This document shows, one piece after another, positions 52,887 through 64,000 of a DNA stretch of 64,000 nucleotides; position 1 is the stretch's first letter; each line of letters opens with the position of its first letter. Origin of the DNA: Octopus sinensis (lineage: Eukaryota); NCBI RefSeq assembly GCF_006345805.1, contig NC_043003.1, forward strand, positions 56,358,001-56,422,000, given 5' to 3'. Made by a program: the position numbers and the translations under genes. The notes under the pieces were generated by a model, which was given only the letters and a program-made list of their open reading frames with translations, did no database searches and had not been told where the DNA came from.

Positions 52887-52935
52887 TATCATCATCATCA
52901 TCATCATTATTATTAAAATTATTATTATCATTATT
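52157..52935. repeat. (CAT/CGT)n cryptic microsatellite with a ~140-bp higher-order unit
   Basis: CTT landmarks at 52216, 52357 and 52635. CATAGTCGTCGACGTCGTCGAC at ~52504 and ~52800. Confidence 0.9.
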
Positions 52936-53024
52936 AGATAATAATTCGTATGGTATACACCTGGTAACTTACCGGCACAGAACGTTCACTTTCATTGTTC
53001 ACTTTCAGTGTTCGCTGTGTATTT

Positions 53025-53615
53025 GATTAATGAGAGAGACGTAAGGCGGATGACACGAGAATGTTTATTGATCACTACAATTGTTTCAACCCATCTTACA
53101 TCGATTGTTTATGGGTGGGATACTGAATAACTGGTTTAGGAGTATGTATCAATGTAAACGTATCACTTCAGGTGATTATAAGATGTATCTCGTGTTTTCT
53201 TTTCGGTTTGTGTATAGAAAAGCAGCCAATTAAAACAAAGAGCTTCATTATTATAGAAGATCAATAAAAATCTGATGCAGAAAGAAACAAATGCACAATA
53301 CAGGGAAAGATATTTTGATACTCTTTTCACTGTATGTTGTATTTGTTCCTTTTTGCATTTGCTTTTATTTTTTGTATCTGATTTTTATTGATCATCTACA
53401 ATAACGAAGATATATCCTTTAATTTGCTGCTTTTGTATAAATATACCGAGAAGAATACTCGGGGATCAGCTTGCAATCACTTGAAGAGACAGATCTACAC
53501 CGACGGATACTCCCCAATTATTTGCCAGTATCTCACCCGTGAAGACTCGATGCTAGATGGATCGACACTATGTAGTGATCAATAATCTCGTATCTTCCAT
53601 CTTCCGTCTCTCTCA
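53025..53615. repeat. Inverted pair of diverged Penelope-terminus-like repeats (53025-53178 minus, 53475-53615 plus)
   Basis: Both read AATCAC(C/T)TGAAG..CAGTATC(C/T)CACC..GATG..TGTAGTGATCAATAA..GTCTCTCTCAT. Confidence 0.6.
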
Positions 53616-54011
53616 TATAGACATAAGAATATTTCTTTCCAAACCTCTAATCTACTGATGAGAAGCTTACATCGCTGCCCTGATATTTTGTACTTTTAGT
53701 TATTATCTATGTACATGTCTTAGTGTTCATAAAATATCGATGGCATTACCGTGGCAAATATATAATGTTACATATACATTCAACAAGAAAGACATTAAAA
53801 GCATGGAGTTTTCAACTTGTAAGTCTGTGCTTTAAATTTCAAGGACGTTCCTGTATTTCTCTGTTGCAAAATTAGATTGTTCGTTGTAGACAAATTTTTA
53901 ATAGGTAACAAACTTTTACACTTTTGTACGTACATACCACATAAATACTAACATGCATGCTTACCTAAATACGTACGTACGCACGTATATTGACAGATGT
54001 ATATATATATT

Positions 54012-54068
<57 letters not shown>

Positions 54069-54194
54069 TATATGTGTGTGGTGGGGTGTATATAAGGACA
54101 GGAGAAAGAAGAAGAGATGAATCGATACATACATTCATGCAAACATGCACGCTTATATGCGTGCACGCATTCGTGCGCATTCTTACTTATTACT

Positions 54195-54380
54195 GGATCA
54201 TTCCTATCAGAACTTCTACTTAATGCAAACATGAGAGGCCGGATATTATTGTTTGTGACAAACAAAATTTCAGCTACCCTGCTGATGTGAAAATCTCTTC
54301 AAAAATCAAAAAGAAAATTATGGACAACTGCTCTGAAACAGCTAACGTCATATTTATATCAATAATAGTTGTGGGTAAAA
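54195..54380 (+). mobile_element. REL-endonuclease non-LTR retroelement relic
   Basis: IPIRTST*CKHERPDIIVCDK..SYPADVKIS..FISIIVVG. Confidence 0.55.
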
Positions 54381-54739
54381 ACTCAAATATCAATCTGGAT
54401 AAGCTGCGGAATCCTGAATAAAATCAACCCATGAATCTTTTCTCAGGTTCACAATGTGAATTCGATTTTATCTTATCTATATTCCAATAATGGGGTTGTG
54501 TATATTTGTTAGAAACCAGCTCTATATGTACATTATTATAGCTAATAATTAAGCAACAGAAGAGGACATACATACTGAGAGACGGACTGACAGACATGCA
54601 GAATCTGGGATTAACAACCGAAGAGGTGTGCCAAATCATAAGCAGCGGTTCTAAAGTGTCATCACGATGCCATCTGTCAGCGAAGTATTGGAACAATTGA
54701 CAAACTAATATAAAATTTTGCTGTGAAGTGGGCCTCACA

Positions 54740-55140
54740 CAATAATAATTATGAAAGATTAACGGCGGAATATTCCTGTCAAATCCTCTGTTATATATAG
54801 GCACGAGTGAACAGACATAATGACCTGAGAGAGGGCAAAGAATGTGCACATAGCAGAATAAATCTGTTGCCCAACACAGTTTAAAAGATTAAAGATGAAA
54901 GAAGCCGGAAGCATTTATGCTGAACTAATTAGAAATATGCCGATACTACACCCTGAAGATAACTTCAGATTTATACCTGTGATTATTGGGGTATTTGGTG
55001 TGTGTAATTAAATGCCTCAGTGACAGTCTCCAAAAGTTTGGCTTTACAGAACCATAGACAAAACCATAATTAAGAGTTTACAATTAGAAGTGATTAATGG
55101 AACTCTGAAAACGCAAAACATTCCGTAAGTTTATTAAATG
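54740..55140 (+). mobile_element. Second REL-endonuclease non-LTR C-terminal relic
   Basis: NIPVKSSV..TDIMT, then YAELIRNMPILHP..FRFIPVIIGVFG. Confidence 0.6.
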
Positions 55141-55244
55141 ATAGATGCATACACACATATAAATATGTAAACATATACAAACACACATACATGATTAAAG
55201 CTATACAATTTCAGACATGAAAATCTACACAAACAAATATGTGT

Positions 55245-55404
55245 GAATGCAGGATGGCTGTGTGGTAAGAAGCATGGAACCTAACCACATAATACCTGGT
55301 TCAGTCCCTCTCCTCCGTGATATCTTCGAACAAGTATCCCTGCTGAAGGTACGAGCTGAGCAAAGCTTTATGAGTAGATTTGTTATACGGAAAATAAGTG
55401 TCGC

Positions 55405-55410
<6 letters not shown>
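55245..55410 (+). mobile_element. CORE-like SINE 5' half, diverged
   Basis: GGATGGCTGTGTGGTAAGAAGC..GGTTCAGTCCC. Confidence 0.7.
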
Positions 55411-55449
<39 letters not shown>

Positions 55450-55709
55450 ATTTATGCATGTATTTGTGCGTGTCTGTGTCTGTGTTTGTGTATATCTATA
55501 TATGTATATATAGATATATGTACATGTATATATGTATATATATATATATGTGTGTGTGTGGATATATATATATGAATACACATGTATATATATATATATA
55601 TATATGTGTGCATGTGTACATACATAAAGTATATATATATATATGTATATATGTATATATGCATATATACACACATATATATATCTACATAGTTATCCAT
55701 ACATACAAG

Positions 55710-55741
<32 letters not shown>

Positions 55742-55892
55742 TAGATATATATATATATATATATCTATATATATATATATATGCATGTCCGTCACACCAC
55801 CGTCTGATAGTGAATGGATACAATGTCTTAGATGTGAACTATAAACCTACCTAAACATATGTACAAGCACACAGTGTCAAATAAACACTGAT

Positions 55893-55923
<31 letters not shown>

Positions 55924-56504
55924 TATATACGTATAATCTTAAAGTATACACATGTATACGTTTAGCCATCTATTCATATATATGCCACTATTTTCGTAGA
56001 CGACGCTTAAAATTCAAAATCTTTTTCTTGTACTTTACATTGACATATACATATATATGCGCATAGATACGTATAAAATATATGCATATATATATACACA
56101 TACGAGCATGCACATACACAATCATACACACACATATATACTCACACATATACAGACACACGTATGAGTATGTATGTATAAATACGTTGCTATTATAAAT
56201 ATATGTATGTCTGCACATATATATGTATATGTTTATGTAAAATACAAACAAAATGTTTTTAAATTTTAAATGTCTGCGAAAATAGTGACATATATATGTG
56301 TAGATCGATAAGCGTATAGATGTGTATACTTCAATCTTATACGTATATATGTATGTATACGTGTTTATATATTTGTGTGTGTTTGTACATGTGTATAGGT
56401 TGGATTATATTTGCATGAATGTATCTAAGATATTGTATCCATTCACCGTTATACGGTGGTGTGGAGGACATACATATATATATCTTGTACACACCACACA
56501 CCAC

Positions 56505-56541
<37 letters not shown>

Positions 56542-56569
56542 ATATTAGATATATAATATATATATATAT

Positions 56570-56678
56570 TACTCTTTTACTTTTTTCCTTGTTTCAGTCA
56601 TTTGACTGCGGCCATGCTGGAGCACCGCTTTTAGTTGAGCAAATCGACCCCAGAACTTATTCTTTGTAAGCCCAGTAC
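56570..56678 (-). mobile_element. CORE-like SINE 3' tail, well preserved
   Basis: TTGTTTCAGTCATTTGACTGCGGCCATGCTGGAGCACCGC..AAGCCCAGTAC. Confidence 0.9.
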
Positions 56679-57039
56679 ACATTGTTTCCCCACCGTTTGA
56701 AAACCTACGTTGATGAGTTTACATGTCCTTAATACCTAATTTTCCGGTTCGGCAACAGAGACCGATAGAAGAAGTCTGACATCATTATAGCAGAATCCCA
56801 GCATGGTCGCAGTACAATGGATAGAACAAGTAAATTGAAAAAATATAAGAGAAAGAGTCTTTTATCCCGCTAGATTGAAGTACGACTTGTTACGATACAA
56901 CTACAGGTTCAATATCAGCAATGCGGCTTTGGTAATTTTATGAGTTTCTTAGTCTTTCAAACAACGTACTAATAGCTTTATACGTTATTTTGTAATGTCA
57001 TCTTAGACTACATTGTAAACAAATATATACATATTTCTA

Positions 57040-58084
57040 TTAGGTCGTCGGAATGAAATTTGTAGTAAGGTATATTGTAAACTTTGACAGCTAATTCTAG
57101 TGTTATTACACAGCTGACAGTATCAAACTGGTTTGCAAAAATTTCGTTCTGGTAACTATGACCTCAAAAATGTGCAACAAGTTCGACCAGAAACAAAGGT
57201 GGATAATGACGAACTGAAAGCCACCGTCGAGTCAGATCCATCTCAAAGTGCCCGTGAATTATCGTTGTTAGCAAGCAAATAATATTGACTCACCTAGTTC
57301 AAATCGTTAAAGTGAAAAAGTTGGATAGGTGGGCCCCACATGAACACAATGAAAATCAGAAACAGCAATGTTTGGAAGCCTGCATTATGCTACTCTCTTG
57401 TCATAAAAATGAAACCTATTTTAATCGAATTCTAACATGTGATGAGAAATGGATCCACTACAATAACGGTAAACATTCAGCACAATGGTTGGACATAGAA
57501 GAGCCACAGAAACACAGTCCAAAAGGCAAAATTCATTAAAAAAAAAATGCTGATGATGTTCGTTTGGTGGTCTGGTGCAGGTGTGATCCATTATGATTTC
57601 ATTAAACCTGGTTCATTAATCACGGCCGAAGTATAATGCAGCCAACTGGACCAAATGATGCAGAAATTTTTAAAAAGGCCTAGATTAATAAACAGATCCA
57701 CTTTTATTTTATTGCAAGAGAACGCCAGACCACACATCGCAAAAATGACATTGGTGAAACTACAGGATTTGGAGTTGGGTGTTCCCCATCATCCACTTCA
57801 TCTTGCCCCCAATGACTACCACTTCTTCCAGAATTTGGATAACGTTTTCACAAAAAAAAAGAATAATAATAATTCAGACGATGTTATAAAACAGGCCTTC
57901 CAAGATTTTATTGATTCAAGATTGCCAGACTTTTACAGTTCCGGGCTGGACAAGCTACCGTTGAAATGACAACCATGTATTGACAATATGGCTGCATACT
58001 TTGATGAATAAATCTATTCCTTGTATTTATAGAACCTTAGCAAACTTTTTTTCGTTTCTACAAATTTCATACTTGACGACCTGA
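57040..58084 (+). mobile_element. Mariner (DD34D, cecropia/Hsmar1-like), N-terminally deleted and disrupted
   Basis: TIRs TTAGGTCGTCGGAATGAAATTTGTAG and revcomp TCAGGTCGTCAAGTATGAAATTTGTAG, with TA flanks. Motifs VDNDELKA, WAPHE, TCDEKWIHY, LLQENARPH and LAPNDYHFF. Confidence 0.92.
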
Positions 58085-58116
58085 TATATTCTTGTATACT
58101 TCATTGACTCTTTCTT

Positions 58117-58445
58117 TATTATCTCCGCCTTCGCTAAGGCTGAGGTAATGTTTTCAGTCGTGTTTGTTTGTTTGTCCGCTGTATGGATTCGGATGAAACT
58201 TTAAGGGATGTTTGGCCTTGTAACTGGCACGAATTAAGTAGATTTTGTGATCTGGTACCAGAAAAGGATTCTGGATTAGTTTTCCTGTTTTTTTACTTAA
58301 GTTTTGAGAGTACCGAGTTCATTTTTAGTATTCTCGTTCTTGAGAGCAGTCGAGTATATTTTAGATATTCTCATTTAAAAAACCATCTCTGGCTAATTGC
58401 TGAGAGAACCTTAGTGGGGTTTTGCACTCTCTGAGTGCTCTTGTT
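58117..58445 (+). mobile_element. Helentron-associated non-autonomous element (HINE/DINE-1-like)
   Basis: 5' TATTATCTCCGCC..GGCTGAGG hairpin, (GTTT)n tract, 3' hairpin GCACTC-TCT-GAGTGC at 58424-58438, T-rich flanks. Confidence 0.7.
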
Positions 58446-58682
58446 ATTTATATTATACTCCAATGCTTTGTTTTGCTGAACTAAATCCCTTTGGCGTCAG
58501 GTAGGGGACAGATTTATTTCCGGTGAACAATTTCTGAAACACCTAAGGAATTTTGTCAAAATTACTGCGCTTAAATATTTGAATATATGCGCTGTAAAAG
58601 ACTACAGTCACATATTAGTGTAGAAGTGTGGAATGTTGAGGTAGCAAACTTTGTTTTCCTTTTCCTCCTCCTTATAATAGAC

Positions 58683-59112
58683 ACAGACATGGCTGTGTAG
58701 ATAAGAAGCTCGCTTTTCGACAATGGTATTGGGTTCAACCTCATTCCGTGGCATCCTAATCAAGTGTCTCCCACTATAATCCCGGGACGTCCGATTCCTT
58801 GTTAGTAAAGTTTGGTGGACCGAAGTTGCGTGGAATCACGTCGTATATGTATTTAAATGCATATGCGTTGTGTGTATTGGTGCGCGCGCGCGCGTGCGTG
58901 CGTGTGTATATATCTGTGTGTGTGCGTGTCTTTGCGTCTGTGTTTGTTCCTGACCGGTTGATAACCGGTGTTGGTTTTCTTACGCCCTCATAACTTTAGC
59001 GGTTCTGTAAATTAGGAGTCAGACCGGATTGGCAGTCGATCAGTTCCACTTAAACTCTTTGTGATATTGCTCCATTGTGACCGCTGGCAAATGGACAAAA
59101 TAAGTAAAAGGC
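58683..59112 (+). mobile_element. Highly diverged CORE-like SINE
   Basis: Head CATGGCTGTGTAGATAAGAAGCTCGC; TTAGCGGTTC and the tail AAGTAAAAG occur in the expected order. Confidence 0.65.
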
Positions 59113-59577
59113 ATAAGACACTATTTAAACGTTTTATACGCTTATCCTCGTTATGAGTTATTATTTCCTCTCATGTGGTAACACTAAACACTAATGTAAT
59201 GGAACGGTCCCTTGCAAATAATTATAAAGAAAGCGTTCTCAAAAAGATTTCCTTATAATTTTGTTCATCTAGGATGATATTCTCTCACTCCTTGTTTTGT
59301 TTTGTTTTTTTTTTCCTTTTTAGTCTCATAGTATGACTTGTGAGAGATTTAGTTATTATATTTAGCAGGTCGAGCAACCAAGTAAAATGTCTCTTGTTGA
59401 CTCAACTGACTTTTGTTTTGCTGCCGCTAATCGATGAGCAGAACGGTGATTAAACTTGTCCGAGCTATGAACAGCTCGTTTCTGTATTAGTAAGACTTCA
59501 CTGCCCAATGAATCCTCCCATCTTCCTTTACGCCACCAATAAAAAAAAAGACTTTTCTTATCTTTTTTGAAATGCAG

Positions 59578-59672
59578 AAAGAAAGATGTTTCCGGGGCGA
59601 TTCATATGAAATGTTTTGCTTGCTAGGCGACAAACCGCATAGAAGCTCTTTCATAAACCTCGAACACTGGAG
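59578..59672 (+). other. Candidate 95-nt exon
   Basis: Strong pyrimidine tract plus TGCAG acceptor, GAG|GTGAAA donor. Only one frame is open (KERCFRGDSYEMFCLLGDKPHRSSFINLEHW). Unverified. Confidence 0.22.
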
Positions 59673-60519
59673 GTGAAAAACTGCGGTTTTTATCCCATAT
59701 GATTCGTTGCACAAGCTCAAAGCTAGAAATTTCAAAAGAGGAAGAAACAGCCGATTAATGGATTCCATTATTTGATTGGTTCTTATTTTCTTATATTATA
59801 CTCCGGGAGTTTTAGAATAAAGTCCCCTTGGCGAGGACGTAACGGTTCATATATTGTTCTCCTTTTATTACCGGACAGTGAATAAATGCATAACTCGTTA
59901 GCATGATGAAGAATTACAGTTTTATTTACTGTGGAAAAAAAACAACAACATCAAGTTGAACCAATGTTGTAGTCTGCAATGTGTCATTTCACTTACGAGA
60001 AATAATAGCCACGTTTCCTCAAATCATAACCTGCACAGATTTAATCTTGTATTTCTCGACAAAATTTTATTTTGAAGGGGCAACAAAACATGATGATCAC
60101 AAACGTACCGCCTTTCATTGGTCTGCTAGATCAAAACAACAACAATAGTAATGACAATAAGAACAGCTACAACCACAGATAAAGAAGAAACTGACCCCCT
60201 CCTTCAGCTACATGTACTGACAGAACTATTCACCGGAACCTAAATATTCTACAATTCTTGAAACTCGTGCTTATGTTGATGTTATTATTGTTGTAGTTCA
60301 TTTTGTGATTTAAACACAGGTCAACCTTCATTGAATAGACGTCTGTTCATTGTGTTCCAGTAGTGGACATTCCATTTCCTAACTTTCAGTCGCTGCATCC
60401 AGGGCTATTATCTAAATTGTTCCTCTACAACATTATACAGTATTGTTTGAAGTGTTAACCGGTGCCTCGAAATAAGATCTCAGAGATACTAAAATCTCGT
60501 CGAAATCTGTCAATGGTAT

Positions 60520-60917
60520 TTTTGGCTGTATAGTAAGTAGCTAGCTTACCAACCACATGGTTCCGAGTTCATTCCCACTGCGTGGCACCTTGGGCAAGTG
60601 GCTTCTATAGGCTCGGGCCGACCAAAGCCTTGTGAGTGGATTTGGTAGACGGAAACTGAAAGAAGCCCGTTGTATATATGTATGTATATATATATGTGTG
60701 TGTGTGTGTGTTTATGTGTTTGTGTTTGTTCCCCATCATCGCTTGATAACCGATGGTGGTGTGTTTACGTCCCCGTAACTTAGCGGTTCCACAAAAGGGA
60801 CCGATAGAATAAGTACTATGCTTACAAATAATAAGTCCTGGGGTCGATTTACTCGACTAAAGGCGGTGCTACAGCATGGCCACAGTCAAATGACTGAAAC
60901 AAGTAAAAGAGTAAAAG
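60520..60917 (+). mobile_element. CORE-like tRNA SINE, near full length
   Basis: Colinear with and highly similar to 29985-30394. Confidence 0.93.
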
Positions 60918-61480
60918 TGTATGTATTATATGACACAGATTAAGCAACTCTGTAATCAAGAGCCTTCAGGCTATGATAATCCTACGTTTTCGTTCAGGTA
61001 TTGCTTATATCCTACTATTTTATATAAACTAGTCTTGCACGAAAACTAATTGTATTAACGCTAGGTGTTAATTTTTCTTCTTCCATTAAGTGGGACATAT
61101 ATATTTTTTTAGTGAGTATATTCAGCACACGTAATGTAGTATACCTCCCCAAGCACATATGGCATTCACCTAGAAAACAAAGAGGAGTTGTCCTTATTCA
61201 AAATTTTAACAAGGTTTCCCACAAATAAGCCAATTATTTCCAACAAAATATGAAAACATCGTCAATCGACACGATATGTGCGCAACACTAACCAAACCAA
61301 CAAAATCAACAACAAAAATAATACTTATAACAGTAATAAAACGTTTATTATGATTAATCGTTTGTCATCATCATCATCACCATCATTATTATTATCATTA
61401 TTATTTCTATCATCATAATCATCATCATCATCATCATTGAGTGAGTGAGAGGGCATCCCACGCGATGAAAGTGATGCTGG

Positions 61481-61853
61481 GTACTCTTTGGTAATTGAAT
61501 AGTTCAATCATGGGAAAATGGATGTTTCGCTCGTTATCCTTAAATGATCCTTGTTTAAGGACCTTTGGAGCGGAATGGGTTACTCAACCTGAAAGAAGAC
61601 CAATATACCGGTCATGATTATATGTTCGATACGTGTGCAACACGCACACACATCACAACCATATGTCCGCATCATGGCGACCTCAATTCAAGACAAAACA
61701 GCACTCGAACATGCACGTGGGGCCCCAGTTAGAATTTTCTGTGAGGTTGAGTATCCCATTCCGCTCCAAAGGTCCTTAAACAAGGATTGTTTAAGGATAA
61801 CGAGCGAAACATCCATTTTCCCATGATTGAACTATTCTATTACCAAAGAGTAC
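61481..61853. repeat. 110-bp near-perfect inverted repeat with a 153-bp spacer
   Basis: 61481-61590 versus the reverse complement of 61744-61853: 4 mismatches. Confidence 0.95.
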
Positions 61854-62114
61854 ATCTCTCAACACATGGCTATGATACTCCCCAAATACTTCTGCTCATG
61901 ATCAGAGATAAACATATCGTCAGCCGCTAAGAAACATGCTAAACTGGTTATGGTCAAGCAATTGACAAGCAAATTCGTGGTATTGAACAGAATATTTACT
62001 GTAGCCCATTTTTTATTACGCGACGAAATATGTACGTTATATAAAACGGAACATGTACATACTAACAGTTGTAATCAATTAACATCAGCTATTGTTATGT
62101 TAGTATTGCGTCAG

Positions 62115-62515
62115 GGCATTACCATGTCGGAATCTGAGTTCAAATTCCGCCGAGATCGACTTTACCTTTCAACATTTCAGGGTCGATAAAAAAAAGTCGT
62201 ACTTGAACAATTGTGGTGGTGGTGGTGGTGGGGGGGGTCAATGTAATCGACTTATCCAGTGCCCCCATATTGTTGCACGTGTTGCAAAATTTGAAACCAT
62301 TATTAAGGCAATGATCTAGGATAACCGTTGACACGCGTTAAGAAATACTTAAACGGCATTTAGTTTGTCTTTACGTTCTGAGTTTAAATGCCGCCGGGGT
62401 CGATTTTTGCCTTTCATCCTTAGAGGATCGATGAATTGAGTACCAGTGAAACACTGGGATCGATGAAATACACTAGACTGCTCCCACCAAGTTTCAGGCC
62501 TAGTGACTATAGTAA
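62115..62515 (+). mobile_element. Two tandem Nin/Deu-like SINE units
   Basis: Each unit has TTCTGAGTT(C/T)AAAT..GTCGA/ATCGA..CCTTTCA..GGTCGAT/GATCGAT. Followed by (CTT)n at 62522-62735. Confidence 0.78.
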
Positions 62516-62879
62516 ATATGATTCTTCTTCTTCTTCTTCTTCTTCTTCTTCTTCTTCTTCTTCTTCTGCTTCTTATCTTCTTCTTCTTTCTTCTCTTCTT
62601 CTTCTTCTTCTTCGTCTCTTCTTCTCTTCTCTTCTTCTCTTCTTCTTCTTTTCTTCGTCTTCTTCTTCTTCTTCTTCTTCTTCTTCTTCTTCTCGTCTTC
62701 TTCTCTCTTCTTCTTCTTCTTCTCATTCTTCTTATTATTCTATGTTTTACTTTTGCTTTATATTTGTACACGTTGGCTCCAAGTCTCACCCAGAGACCTG
62801 AAGAGATAACAGGTTGGAAGTTCACGTTGTTGTTATTAACATTATTATTATTATTATTATTATCATTGTCATTTACTTT

Positions 62880-64000
62880 TAATCTGCATGTTTGATGCAA
62901 TCACCTGCCGGGGCACACCCAGCGCCCTAGGGCAAGTGAAGGTTAAGAGTTGTTGAAATATAGCTGAAAGCTTGGGGAGGGGAAGTAGAGATATATCTCC
63001 ATGTAATGCAAACACAGACATTTACATTGATAGGGTTTTTCTAAGGATGTGGGCAGTACTTGTTAGCACAATCTTTTGGATTTCCTTGAGACATGGTTTT
63101 CCAGGGATATTGTCTAGGTGTTTCTGACATCTCTTTTTTATCATACCTAGGGCACCTACAATAACAGGAACAGTTTTTGTTTTAAGATTCCACATCCTCT
63201 GTATTTCGATTTCCAGGTCCTTATATTTACTAAGTTTGTCAAATTCCTTGACAGATACATTTTTATCAGTGGGGACGCTTACTTCTATTAGTCTGCAGGT
63301 ATTTTCTTCCCTGTCTTAACAATTATGTCTGCTCGATTAGCCTTGATCGTTCTGTCAGTGTTGACTGGAAAATCCCAGAGGATGGTGACATCTTTACCTT
63401 CAACAACTGGCTGAGGATGGTGTTCATACCAGTTAGCAGGAGTGTCGGATTTGTAGTGTTTACATATCTTCCAATGTATATACTGTCCTACCCTATCGTG
63501 GCGATTTTTGTATTCGTTTGGTGTCAGCACAGGACATCCCGAAACGAGATGGTCTATCGTTTCGTCAAATGTGTCGCAGAATCTGCATTTAGGGTCAGTA
63601 CCGTTTCGGAGAACGTTAGCCTGGTAATTTCTGGTAAACAAGCTTTGATCTTGTGCTGCCATTATGAAACCTTCAGTCTCTGCTTTCAATCCAGAGCTCT
63701 TCAGCCACTGATGGGTTGTTGCTTGGTCTACATCAGCATTTTGGCTTCGGAGAATATATTGTCCATGCAGGGGCTTCTGGCTCCACCGCCTCTCAATTTG
63801 ATTCTGCCCGTTCTTTTTTGCAGTCTGCTTGATTCGCTTTGCTTGCTTGGTAGCAGTGGTTTCCGGCTCTTCATCTGATTCAAGGTTAATGTCTAGTTCC
63901 CTTTCGAACTTATAAGCTTCCTTGACAATAGAATGCAGCTTTTTGTTGCTTTCGTGTTCGCACACAAGTCGCAGCATCCAGTCCTTTGTACTAGATAGGT
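62880..64000 (-). mobile_element. R4/Dong-like non-LTR retrotransposon 3' part (CCHC knuckle plus REL endonuclease), running off the window edge
   Basis: KPLHGQY, LKAETEGFIMAAQDQ, CRFCDTFDETIDHLVSGC, RHDRV and RADIIVK. After a 1-nt frameshift near 63320 it continues IEVSVPTDKN..KLSKYKDL..VPVIVGALG to a stop at 63022-24. The 3' UTR ends in (TAA)n. Confidence 0.92.

Noticed and set aside
52069-52941. 290-aa His/Arg-rich ORF, the longest in the window
   Set aside because: Entirely a CAT/CGT microsatellite. Several frames on both strands are open, and it lacks the Gly/His motifs of real His-rich structural proteins.
54424-54849. 141-aa minus-strand ORF
   Set aside because: No domain recognised; partly antisense to REL retroelement debris.
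63417-63878. 153-aa plus-strand ORF
   Set aside because: Antisense shadow of the R4/Dong-like ORF.

Overview
AT-rich, microsatellite-saturated animal genomic DNA. The repeat content (tRNA-derived SINEs with CORE-like and Nin/Deu-like domains, and dense (TA)n, (CA)n and (TATG)n tracts) fits a coleoid cephalopod such as Octopus; this is inferred from repeat style, not from a search. No intact host gene, rRNA, true tRNA or CRISPR array is supported, so the window reads as intergenic or intronic. Nearly all ORF-track entries are microsatellite artefacts. Decayed DNA transposons: a Tc1 DD34E element with IR/DR ends, a two-headed mariner derivative, a cecropia-like mariner, DD41D and DD37D fragments, a pogo-like MITE and a Helentron-type HINE. 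Decayed retroelements: Penelope-like (RT plus GIY-YIG), CR1-like, RTE-like and R4/Dong-like (REL). The most notable observations are (1) several minimal hammerhead-ribozyme-like motifs, two of which covary, plus a 704-bp unit bounded by such motifs that resembles a retrozyme; (2) a SINE whose tail matches an RTE LINE 3' end elsewhere in the window; (3) modular SINE domain shuffling; (4) two near-perfect long fold-back inverted repeats; and (5) a few speculative isolated exon candidates, one of them Ly6/three-finger and GPI-anchor-like. Element boundaries are approximate unless terminal repeats are given.
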